From assembly GCF_000015225.1 (NCBI RefSeq), contig NC_008698.1, positions 1,740,001 through 1,772,000 of the forward strand: a stretch of DNA of 32,000 bases, in the 5' to 3' direction. Shown here piece after piece: positions 15,766 through 23,587 of the stretch (positions are counted from its first letter, which is position 1; the number at the start of each line of letters is the position of its first letter). A program made the translations under genes and the position numbers. Source of the DNA: Thermofilum pendens Hrk 5 (GTDB lineage Archaea; Thermoproteota; Thermoprotei; Thermofilales; Thermofilaceae). The notes under the pieces are model-generated. The model searched no databases. It had not been told where the DNA came from and saw only the letters and a program-made list of their open reading frames with translations.

Positions 15766-16830
15766 GTGAAGGCTAAGGTTTGGCGAGTGGATCCCTCGGA
15801 GCCTGATGCTAAGAGCATCGAGGAGGCGGCGTCCATACTCAGGAAGGGGGGCGTGGTAGCCTTCCCCACGGAGACCGTGTACGGGCTTGGCGCCGTGTAC
15901 CATATGCGTGACGCGGTTATCAGGGTGTTCAAGGTTAAGAGGAGGCCCCCCGACAACCCGCTCATACTGCACATTTCGAGCTTTTCGCAAATATACACGC
16001 TGGCATCCGAGGTCCCCGAGGCTGTGCACAGGCTCGCAGAGAAGTTCTGGCCCGGACCCCTGACAGTGGTCCTCCCGAAGACGAGCAGGGTTCCCTACGA
16101 GGTTACCGGGGGCCTCGAGAAGGTTGCCGTCCGGATGCCGGCGCACAACGTCGCGCTGAGGCTGATAGAGGCTGTCGGAGACCCTATCGCGGCTCCCAGC
16201 GCGAACCTATCCGGGAGACCTTCGCCGACCACAGCCCAGCACGTTCTAGCCGATCTAGGCGACGAGATAGACGGCGTGCTCGACGCCGGGGAGACACTGT
16301 ACGGCGTTGAAAGCACGGTGATAGACCTCACCGCCGACCCCCCTGTTCTCCTGCGCCCCGGGGCGGTGCCATTAGAGGAGGTCGAAAAGGTTCTAGGCAA
16401 GGTGTGCGTGCCGGCCTTCGCGCGGGGGCTTGGCGAGGCTGAAAGGGCTCTCGCGCCCGGCACGAGGTACCGCCACTACTCCCCGAGGGCCCAGCTGGTG
16501 CTCGTCGAGCTGAAGGACTACTCGGACCTATCCAAGTTGGTAGACAGGGTTAAGAGGCTGGTTGCGGAGAACGCTGGCAGGGGGTTAAGAGTCGGCGTGC
16601 TCTGCACGGACGAGACCCGGGAGCACTACTCGGGGCTGGGTGCTGTCGTCCTGAGCCTCGGGTCTCGGAGAGACCCCTTCGGCATAGCTAGGAGGCTGTA
16701 CTCGTCCTTTAGGGAGATGGACTCACTAGGCGTGGACGTAATCGTCGCGGAGGGGGTCGACGAGAGGGGGCTGGGGCTAACCATCATGAACAGGATGCGG
16801 AAAGCCTCGACGAAGAGAGTGGTGGTCTAG
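15766..16830 (+). CDS. sua5: L-threonylcarbamoyladenylate synthase Sua5/TsaC (YrdC plus Sua5 domains)
   Basis: Motifs VVAFPTETVYGLG, RPPDNPLILHI and SANLSGRPSPT, plus a C-terminal Sua5 domain. I prefer GTG 15766 as the start because GGGGAGG lies at 15756-15762 and a TATA-like GGTTTTTACAC lies at 15718-15728. That TATA position would put the track start (TTG 15730) upstream of the likely transcription start site. Confidence 0.9.
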   Translation: MKAKVWRVDPSEPDAKSIEEAASILRKGGVVAFPTETVYGLGAVYHMRDAVIRVFKVKRRPPDNPLILHISSFSQIYTLASEVPEAVHRLAEKFWPGPLTVVLPKTSRVPYEVTGGLEKVAVRMPAHNVALRLIEAVGDPIAAPSANLSGRPSPTTAQHVLADLGDEIDGVLDAGETLYGVESTVIDLTADPPVLLRPGAVPLEEVEKVLGKVCVPAFARGLGEAERALAPGTRYRHYSPRAQLVLVELKDYSDLSKLVDRVKRLVAENAGRGLRVGVLCTDETREHYSGLGAVVLSLGSRRDPFGIARRLYSSFREMDSLGVDVIVAEGVDERGLGLTIMNRMRKASTKRVVV

Positions 16831-17519
16831 CCGCCCCTCCTCTCCGGAGACCTCCCCAGCGCCCTTAGGACGTCGCTGTCCGTTACCTCGGAGAAGTCTC
16901 GGTAGAACTCGCCCACCGCGTAGAGAATGAGCGGAACCGTGACGGCGACAACCTTGTCCGCGTACCTGGACACGACGCCCAGCACGTCCCGGGCGATAAC
17001 GGGCGTAGCTACTACCACCTTCTCGGCTCCCGCCTTCCTGGCGGCAATGCTGGCAGCGATCACCGTTGCACCGGTGGCCACCCCATCGTCTACGACTACC
17101 GCCGTGAAGCCTCTCAGGTCGAGGGCGGTTCCGCGGAACTTCTCGACGTAGCTGGCAACGACCCTTCTCTGGTACTCTACCTCGCTCCTTATGTAGTCCT
17201 CGCCGATGCCTAAAGCATCGACTATCTCCCTGTTGATGTAGACCGCGTCTAGCTCGGCGACGGCGCCTATGCCTAGCTCGGGGTTCCCGGGCGCTCTGAG
17301 CTTCCTCGAGACAACGACATCCAGCTGTACGCCCAGAGCCTCGCTCACGGATTTAGCGACCACAACCCCTCCCCTGGGAATGCCTAGAACCTTCACGTCG
17401 GGACCGCCTACCCCCTCCGCGAGGAGCTTCTCGGCCAGTTGCTTCCCGGCGTCCTCCCTGTTGCGAAAAACCCTAACCACAATAGTCCACCTTGGGGTTT
17501 CCCGATAAACGTTTCGCAC
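16827..17519 (-). CDS. Predicted phosphoribosyltransferase (COG1926-like)
   Basis: PRPP-binding loop VVVDDGVATGATV; N-terminal FRNREDAGKQLAEKL. The likely true start is GTG 17480, preceded by AAGGTGG; the track start is GTG 17519. There is a 4-nt convergent overlap with the sua5 stop. Confidence 0.85.
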   Translation of the reverse strand: MRNVYRETPRWTIVVRVFRNREDAGKQLAEKLLAEGVGGPDVKVLGIPRGGVVVAKSVSEALGVQLDVVVSRKLRAPGNPELGIGAVAELDAVYINREIVDALGIGEDYIRSEVEYQRRVVASYVEKFRGTALDLRGFTAVVVDDGVATGATVIAASIAARKAGAEKVVVATPVIARDVLGVVSRYADKVVAVTVPLILYAVGEFYRDFSEVTDSDVLRALGRSPERRGG

Positions 17520-17610
17520 ATCATGCAGGAGAAGGGGGAACCGTGCGGTCAGCGACGGAGTTGTAGCTCACCAATCGCTACGAACCCCGAGACTTCATCA
17601 CGCAACCCGT

Positions 17611-17632
17611 AAAAAGTGGTTATTCAGAAAAA
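17611..17632 (-). terminator. Two T5 tracts after the CBS-protein gene
   Basis: The minus strand reads TTTTTCTGAATAACCACTTTTT starting 3 nt after the stop at 17635. Confidence 0.4.
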
Positions 17633-17634
17633 GT

Positions 17635-18762
17635 TTACTCCAGGATCTTCCTGAGCCTTGCTAGCGAGATCCTCTTCTCCCTCTTCTTTTCCTTCGACTT
17701 CGAGAAAACCTTGTACGCCGAGTCTAGCGCTTCGTACACTGTCTCGACAGCGTCCCACCCAGAGGACCTCGCGCTATAGCTGTCGACGTCGAGCTTGATG
17801 GATACTATCGCGTCGTACCTCCTCCTGTTCCCCGACTTCTCCCTAGACTTTAGCACTACGCTCATTTCGAGTAACCTAGCCCTCCTCGAGACCTCCGAAG
17901 CTATATCCAGGCTCTTCCTGTATATGAGGTTCCTCTGGATGAAGTCCAGCTCGTCCACCCCTTCTACCCTTAGAGGGACCTTTGCTTCCTCGATCGCGGG
18001 CAGAAGCCTCCTCAGTAGCAGGTAGGGCGATATGATCCCGTAGACCTTCCCGGAGGAGTCGACGACGACAGACCCCTCGGCTATGTCTTCCACCGAGGGG
18101 TAGCCGTCTACGTGAACCGTCCTAAAGTTCGCTGTAGCTATTTTCGCGACCGGCTGTTCGAGGAAGTAGGAGGTCTCGCCCTTCACCTCGCCCAGCCTCT
18201 CACGCCTCAGGGGAGTATTGTACACGAAGTTCACTAGATCGTAGACTCTGACCACCCCCACGGCCTTCCCGTCCTCGGCTACCGGTACGAGCCTCAAGCC
18301 CAGGTCCACGATGAGCTTCCTAGCCTTCTCCAAGGGATCGCTGGGGGCCAGTGGGTCGAGCCTGTAGGCAATATGCCTCGCGGTAACCCTCGAAGAGAGA
18401 CCCATACCTGCGAGCAACCTTCTCGCCGAGACTATCCCCACGACCCTTCCACCCTCCACTACTGCTAGCCCGGGTTGCCCCGTCTTGACGAGCATCCTCG
18501 CTACCTCTGTCAAGGGGAGGGACGGCTCCACCACGGGCGCCTTTTCGAGGACACTCCCAAGCTTCGTGCCCGCTTGGTACCTTGTCCTCAAAAGCGAAAA
18601 GATAGACACTATCCCCGCGTACCTCCCCTCCCCGTCGACCACGGGCACTGCGGGGAGCTCAAACCTCCACATGCGTTCAGCGGCAACAGAAACGGTGTCG
18701 TTTAAGCCTAGGGGGTCTATCTTCGTGAAAACCCCCTGGGAAGGGGGCCCAGTAAAGCTCAT
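17635..18762 (-). CDS. Four-CBS-motif (two Bateman modules) protein with a C-terminal HPF/RaiA-like domain
   Basis: CBS-type segments: AVPVVDGEGRYAGIVSIFSLL, GLAVVEGGRVVGIVSARRLL, LVPVAEDGKAVGVVRVYDLV, VVVDSSGKVYGIISPYLLL. C-terminal aa 262-362 (nt 17677-17979) follow a strand-helix-strand-strand-strand-helix pattern ending WDAVETVYEALDSAYKVFSKSKEKKREK. ATG start has the TATA box TTTTTATATC 33 nt upstream. Confidence 0.85.
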   Translation of the reverse strand: MSFTGPPSQGVFTKIDPLGLNDTVSVAAERMWRFELPAVPVVDGEGRYAGIVSIFSLLRTRYQAGTKLGSVLEKAPVVEPSLPLTEVARMLVKTGQPGLAVVEGGRVVGIVSARRLLAGMGLSSRVTARHIAYRLDPLAPSDPLEKARKLIVDLGLRLVPVAEDGKAVGVVRVYDLVNFVYNTPLRRERLGEVKGETSYFLEQPVAKIATANFRTVHVDGYPSVEDIAEGSVVVDSSGKVYGIISPYLLLRRLLPAIEEAKVPLRVEGVDELDFIQRNLIYRKSLDIASEVSRRARLLEMSVVLKSREKSGNRRRYDAIVSIKLDVDSYSARSSGWDAVETVYEALDSAYKVFSKSKEKKREKRISLARLRKILE

Positions 18763-18785
18763 AGCATGTTAGGATTTGCAGGAGA

Positions 18786-18795
18786 GATATAAAAA
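18786..18795 (-). promoter_or_regulatory. TATA box of the CBS-protein gene
   Basis: The minus strand reads TTTTTATATC; its 5' end lies 33 nt upstream of ATG 18762. Confidence 0.55.
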
Positions 18796-18892
18796 CCTGA
18801 GCATGCAGTGCGTGAGTATTGTGCACGGCACTTACCTTGGTCTTTGTGCGCGAGCGTCGTGGCGCGGAATAATTTTCTGTACACAATAAGGG

Positions 18893-18904
18893 TTTTTTAT
18901 TAAG
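18893..18904 (+). promoter_or_regulatory. TATA box of the ferredoxin-aor operon
   Basis: TTTTTTATTAAG begins 29 nt upstream of GTG 18922, a spacing consistent with a leaderless or short-leader transcript. Confidence 0.55.
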
Positions 18905-18921
18905 TGAACTGTTGGTAAGGT

Positions 18922-19317
18922 GTGCCTAGGCTGGTAATAGTAGACGTGGATAAGTGCGTGGGATGCATGTCCTGCATGTTCGCATGCTCGAGGAGGTTTG
19001 GCGAGGGTGGGCTCGCGAAGTCCGCGATACACGTTTCGAGCATAGGGGGCGTGGAGAGAGGGTTTAAGGTCGTCGTGTGCAGGGCTTGTGAGAACCCTCC
19101 CTGCGCGGCTGTATGCCCTACGAACGCCCTGGTTAGGAGGGAGGGAGGGGGAGTCGTGTTAAACCCGAGTAAGTGCGTGGGATGCGGTAACTGCGCGAGG
19201 GCTTGCCCCATAGGGGCCGTGCAGTGGGACTACGAGAGCATGAAGCCCATAATATGCGTTCACTGTGGCTACTGCGTCAACTACTGCCCGTACGGCGTTT
19301 TATCCCTTTCGAGGTGA
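18922..19317 (+). CDS. Polyferredoxin-like protein with four [4Fe-4S]-type motifs (AOR electron-transfer partner)
   Basis: CVGCMSCMFAC, CRACENPPCAAVCP, CVGCGNCARACP, CVHCGYCVNYCP. 131 aa. The stop lies 6 nt before the aor ATG, and GAGG overlaps the stop codon. Confidence 0.9.
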   Translation: MPRLVIVDVDKCVGCMSCMFACSRRFGEGGLAKSAIHVSSIGGVERGFKVVVCRACENPPCAAVCPTNALVRREGGGVVLNPSKCVGCGNCARACPIGAVQWDYESMKPIICVHCGYCVNYCPYGVLSLSR

Positions 19318-19323
19318 GGCGGG

Positions 19324-21111
19324 ATGTCGGAGCCTATACCTAGGAAGGTGCTCTACATAGACCTTTCCTCGAAGAGATACTGGGTGGAGGACAGGCTGGA
19401 CCTCTTCGAAGAGTACCTAGGCGGGACCGGCGTCGCCACGAAGCTCCTCGAGGAGGAGCTCCCCAGGAACGTTGACCCGTTGGGGCCGGAGAACGTCATC
19501 GTGTTCGCGGTGGGGCCTTTCAACGCGCTGTACCCGACGGCCTCAAAAACAGTTGCGATGTTTAAGAGCCCGCACACGGGTAACCTCGGCGAGAGCCACG
19601 CGGGCGGTAGGAGCGCGGTGGCGATAAGGCTCGCTGGGTACGGCGCCATAGTGATCAAAGGGGCGAGCGACCTGCCCGTGTGGGTGTCGGTTCACGGGGA
19701 CAAGGTGTACTTCAGGGATGCGAGAGCCATATGGGGCATGACTAGTAGCCACACGGTTGGGCGGATTCTGCGCGAGGTAGAGCCCGGGTCCGGAGTAAGG
19801 ACGATAATGCGCATAGGTAGAGCCGGGGAAAGGATGATCAGCTACGCGAACGTGATCACGGAGACTTACAGGCACTTCGGCAGGCTGGGGCTGGGCGCCG
19901 TCTTCGGAAGCAAAAAGCTGAAAGCACTAGTTGTGAGCGGGAAAGGCTCCGTAAGGGTGGTGGACAGAAAGGCCTACAGGGAAGTCTACGACAAGATCTT
20001 CAAGCTGATAGTAGACAGTCCCCTCATGAAGAAGTACCACGAGATAGGGACACCTATAAACGTTAGGGTTCTGAACGCCCTCGGAGCTCTACCCTCCCTG
20101 AACCTCCAGAAGGCGAGCATAGACTCGGCTGACGCGATCTCCGGAGAGTACATCGCGACGAACTACCTTGGGAGGAGGGTCTCGTGCGCACACTGCCCGG
20201 TTGCGTGCATACACTTAGCCGTGGTGAGGGAGCCGTACGAGGAGGAGCCGTACTTCTACAAGACCACGTTCATCGGGTACGACTACGAGCCGATATACGC
20301 GCTCGGCTCGATGCTCGGCGCCGGCGAAGCCAGAGACGTGTTGAGGCTTATAGACCTCGTGGACTCATACGGCCTAGACGCTATGACCACGGGAGTCGTG
20401 CTCGCATGGGCCACTGAGGCGCTCAGCAGGGGGATAATCAGCGAGAAAGACCTCGCTGGGGTGAAGCTACGATGGGGCGACTACAACGCGTACATGAAGG
20501 CCGTTCAGTACATCGTCGAGCAACCGACCGAGCTGTACAGGGACCTCGCTAGGGGTGCCTTGTACGCGGCCAGGAAGTGGGGTGGAGAAGACTTCGCCCT
20601 CTCCTTCGGCGGAAACGAGATGGCCGGGTACCACACGGGCCCCGCCGCGTACGCTAACTTCGCGTTCGGGGCTAGGCACAGCCACCTCGACAGCGCGGGC
20701 TACGACCTGGACCAGGAGACTATAGGGAGGACCCCGGAGCCCGGCGAGCTCGTTAGGAGGCTCTACGAGGAGGAGTCCTGGCGCCAAGTCCTGACGAGCT
20801 TAGTCGTCTGCCTATTCGCCAGGAAGGTGTACAAACCCGAAGTGGTCTCCGAGGCGTTGAAGCCTCTGGGGATAGAGATGAGCGTAGACGACCTTTACAG
20901 CCTGGGCAGAAAGATCTACAGGGAGAAGTACAGGCTGAAGCTCAGGGAGGGCTTCAGGCCAGAGGACGTCTCCTTCCCGAGGAGGATCTTCGAGACGCCG
21001 ACCCCCCACGGGCTCCTAAGTCCGGAGTACATGGAGAAAGTCAAGCTCGAATACGTGCGCCTAATCAGGGAGGTAACCGGGGAAGGCGCGTCAGGGCACC
21101 ACGACGGGTAG
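19324..21111 (+). CDS. aor: Aldehyde:ferredoxin oxidoreductase family (tungstopterin enzyme)
   Basis: AOR N-terminal domain pattern (YLGGTGVATKLL, GPFNALYPTASK, GNLGESHAGG). [4Fe-4S] ligand motif CAHCPVAC plus a distal Cys (VVCLFAR). 595 aa. The subfamily (AOR/FOR/GAPOR/WOR) cannot be resolved by eye. Confidence 0.92.
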   Translation: MSEPIPRKVLYIDLSSKRYWVEDRLDLFEEYLGGTGVATKLLEEELPRNVDPLGPENVIVFAVGPFNALYPTASKTVAMFKSPHTGNLGESHAGGRSAVAIRLAGYGAIVIKGASDLPVWVSVHGDKVYFRDARAIWGMTSSHTVGRILREVEPGSGVRTIMRIGRAGERMISYANVITETYRHFGRLGLGAVFGSKKLKALVVSGKGSVRVVDRKAYREVYDKIFKLIVDSPLMKKYHEIGTPINVRVLNALGALPSLNLQKASIDSADAISGEYIATNYLGRRVSCAHCPVACIHLAVVREPYEEEPYFYKTTFIGYDYEPIYALGSMLGAGEARDVLRLIDLVDSYGLDAMTTGVVLAWATEALSRGIISEKDLAGVKLRWGDYNAYMKAVQYIVEQPTELYRDLARGALYAARKWGGEDFALSFGGNEMAGYHTGPAAYANFAFGARHSHLDSAGYDLDQETIGRTPEPGELVRRLYEEESWRQVLTSLVVCLFARKVYKPEVVSEALKPLGIEMSVDDLYSLGRKIYREKYRLKLREGFRPEDVSFPRRIFETPTPHGLLSPEYMEKVKLEYVRLIREVTGEGASGHHDG

Positions 21112-21795
21112 ATCCGGGTCGTCGAGAACTATTTCTGACTGGGACGGGTCGTAGTGGAGGGCGACAGCTCTCAGCACGACTCCCTTTTTCTTAGCCTCTC
21201 CGAGCAGGACCGCTACCTCGGGGTCCCCCTCCCCGTACGGCTTGAACGCCTTTACGCCCGGCAACGCCGCGACGAAAATTATCATAGCCTTGCCGCCGCC
21301 CTCCGCCAGTCTTATCAGCTCGGAGATCTGCCTCCTCCCTCTCAGAGTCGGGCAGTCGGGGTACATCGCGTAGGAATCCTCCCTCAGCACCGCGCTCTTA
21401 ACCTCGACGAAGACCTCCTCTCCGTTGCACACCAGCAGGTAGTCTAGCCTGGACGAGCCAAGCCGCGGAGCCCTAGCCTTCACGCTGCACCCGCTCCACG
21501 GCTCGATACCCTGCTCGAAGAGACTTTCAAGGGCGTTCATCTGCAGGGCGGTGTCTATCAGGGCGGCTGACCCGGCGTCCTCGACCGCGAATAGCCTGTA
21601 AGCCGTCTTGGAGCGCTCCCTTCTGAGGCAGAAAGCCCTGCGCCCAGGGACCAGGAACTCTAGAAGCCTCCCGGTGTTGTTTATGTGGGCGCGGTAGGCC
21701 CGGCCCTCCACCTCTACGAGCACGACGAACCTGTTCTCCCTTCTGATCACCCTGCACTCGGAGGGTTCGGGGAGTCTTACGAGCCTCCAGGTCAT
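21091..21795 (-). CDS. sfsA: SfsA-family protein (sugar fermentation stimulation protein homologue; nuclease-like fold)
   Basis: N-terminal RENRFVVLVEVEGRAYRAHINNTGRL and central FVEVKSAVL motifs typical of SfsA. 234 aa. 4-nt start/stop overlap with the upstream gene. Confidence 0.88.
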   Translation of the reverse strand: MTWRLVRLPEPSECRVIRRENRFVVLVEVEGRAYRAHINNTGRLLEFLVPGRRAFCLRRERSKTAYRLFAVEDAGSAALIDTALQMNALESLFEQGIEPWSGCSVKARAPRLGSSRLDYLLVCNGEEVFVEVKSAVLREDSYAMYPDCPTLRGRRQISELIRLAEGGGKAMIIFVAALPGVKAFKPYGEGDPEVAVLLGEAKKKGVVLRAVALHYDPSQSEIVLDDPDLPVVVP

Positions 21796-22754
21796 CCCTC
21801 TTCGAGACCCCTGCTCGCCTCGACGAGTACCCTCAGCTTTTTCAAGACTATTTCCTCGTACTCTCTGCCCTGAAGGTACCCCTTCATCCCGCCGAACCCG
21901 CAGTCCGGCTTTATGAATGCAAGGCTCTCGCCGTACCTCTCGAGGGCGTCCCTCGCCAGCGCTACCACGTCCTCTAGGCGCTCCACCGAGGTATTCCTCG
22001 AGGATACAACGCCGTATCCGAGAACCTTCCCGGACTCCCTCAGCTCCGACGCCTGGTAGTACGCCCTGTTCTCGGGGATATCGCTGTGCTCGTGGTCGAG
22101 GAAGTTCGCATTGGACAGTTGCAGCAGTACAGTCTTGAGGAGGGGCGGGAGGCGGCTACAGACGTGTACACCCCTCATGGGGCTCCTGAACCTCGCCAGG
22201 ACGGAGTCCAGTGCGCGCGTTATCTCCTCCGCGGTGTAGCCGAACATCACGCTCTTAGACCCCACAATCACCGAGAGTACAGGCTCGTCGACGCAGACAA
22301 TGAACGGGTTGAGAGTGCTGGCAACCTCCCTCGCGGTCTCCACGACATACTCGAGCACTGCTTGGAAGCCCTCCCTGTCTGCCAGCAACGAGGTCCTGAT
22401 GTCCCCTATACGCCCTCCCTCGGGGGTTATGCGTGACGCCACAGTGAAGGGTCCCGTGAACGCCAGCCTATACCTCGCGCCTAGGTCTTCCGCGACGTCC
22501 GCCGCGTAGGACATGTCCTCGGGGGTCTCGGGCTCAACCGAGGATACATCGCCCCGAAGCCTGTAGCCAAGCCCCTCCCTAACGACGACGCCCTTCTTGA
22601 CGAGCGGCTCTATGAACATGTAGACGAAGTCTCTGAGTTGCGGTAGAACGGGGTAAGTTATACCTATATCGACCTGGTCCTTCAGGGCCCTTGCGATGTT
22701 CTCGCGCGAGTAGTCGAGTGGGAAGCTCCCAACGAGGGTCGTCGCGACCTTCAA
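21792..22754 (-). CDS. Cobalamin-independent methionine synthase-like protein (MetE C-terminal-domain family, Meth_synt_2)
   Basis: 320 aa. Zinc-ligand-type motifs GVHVCS (HxC) and IKPDCGFGG. N-terminal TLVGSFP resembles archaeal short MetE homologues. Confidence 0.82.
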   Translation of the reverse strand: MKVATTLVGSFPLDYSRENIARALKDQVDIGITYPVLPQLRDFVYMFIEPLVKKGVVVREGLGYRLRGDVSSVEPETPEDMSYAADVAEDLGARYRLAFTGPFTVASRITPEGGRIGDIRTSLLADREGFQAVLEYVVETAREVASTLNPFIVCVDEPVLSVIVGSKSVMFGYTAEEITRALDSVLARFRSPMRGVHVCSRLPPLLKTVLLQLSNANFLDHEHSDIPENRAYYQASELRESGKVLGYGVVSSRNTSVERLEDVVALARDALERYGESLAFIKPDCGFGGMKGYLQGREYEEIVLKKLRVLVEASRGLEEG

Positions 22755-22760
22755 GGGCGC

Positions 22761-23579
22761 TCACCTCTCGACCCTCAACTCTACACGCGACGGTGAGCTA
22801 CCCACGCCTTTAAGGCTTCCTACAAGCGCGAACACCACGTTCCTGAAGACGTCCTGCACGAACGGGTTAAGCTCTACGGGCTTCCCGTCGACCAGCAACT
22901 TCACCTTAGAGCTGAGCACTGTGCACTCGCCGTGCCCCGCCTCGCCTCGGGCAACGGCCTCCGCGAGGGCCACGCAACTCCCGTAGCGACAAAAGCCGCA
23001 GTTTAGCCCCGGTAGAGGCTCGAACGCCTTTTCAAGCAGGAAGTCTACGAGCCGTTCACCCTCACTCTCCAGGTCGAAGACGGGTACCGGGAGCCCGGAG
23101 TGATCCTCCTTCGCCACTCGCCCCGTGATCGCCACAGTCAGGGGCGTCAGGAGCTCCCTAGCTTCCTCCACGTTCCTCGCAACGGCGAGCCTCACGCCCG
23201 GGAACTCCGACTTGAAGCCTTCGAACACGGCGAAGTCGAACCCCCTCAGCTGCGAGATCACCTCCCAGAGGCTAGCCCTCGACCTCCTATACTCCTCCAC
23301 CACGTCGTCCGAGACGGCTATCACCCTGTCAGCACCGGCGCCGAACAACCTTCCCGAGTCCTCGTCGTTAACGCTTATCCCCCCGTGGGCGTGCTTCACC
23401 GCGGCTACGCGTAGCCCCCTCCTCTTCAACTCGCCCACGATGTAGCTAGCGACGGTCGTCTTCCCAGAACCCTTGAATCCTATGACCGCGACTGCCCGCA
23501 CACGAACCTCACTATCCCACCGCCATATAAACGTCGCGCACAATATGCCCAGCATACATATAAGGTTGCACAAGCCCAA
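22761..23579 (-). CDS. mobB: MobB-like P-loop protein fused to an RnfB-type putative Fe-S domain and a C-terminal domain of unknown function
   Basis: P-loop VIGFKGSGKTTVA, then VKHAHGG (MobB-like). aa 188-220 (nt 22920-23018) read LPGLNCGFCRYGSCVALAEAVARGEAGHGEC. The true start is probably GTG 23501 (MRAVAVIGF...), 30 nt downstream of the TATA box at 23523-23531; the track start at 23579 is likely too long. Confidence 0.82.
   Translation of the reverse strand: MGLCNLICMLGILCATFIWRWDSEVRVRAVAVIGFKGSGKTTVASYIVGELKRRGLRVAAVKHAHGGISVNDEDSGRLFGAGADRVIAVSDDVVEEYRRSRASLWEVISQLRGFDFAVFEGFKSEFPGVRLAVARNVEEARELLTPLTVAITGRVAKEDHSGLPVPVFDLESEGERLVDFLLEKAFEPLPGLNCGFCRYGSCVALAEAVARGEAGHGECTVLSSKVKLLVDGKPVELNPFVQDVFRNVVFALVGSLKGVGSSPSRVELRVER
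23523..23531 (-). promoter_or_regulatory. TATA box of the mobB-like operon
   Basis: The minus strand reads TTTATATGG, 30 nt upstream of GTG 23501. It lies inside the over-extended track ORF. Confidence 0.5.
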
Positions 23580-23587
23580 AAAGGGCG

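Noticed and set aside
15709-16146. 145-aa and 91-aa minus-strand ORFs opposite the 5' part of sua5
   Set aside because: They overlap the motif-rich YrdC domain coding frame and extend into the divergent promoter. They have no recognisable features.
18677-19211. Small minus-strand ORFs (69, 66, 103 aa) spanning the CBS/aor intergenic region and the ferredoxin gene
   Set aside because: They run across two TATA boxes and antisense to the Cys-motif-rich ferredoxin CDS. Their composition is not protein-like.
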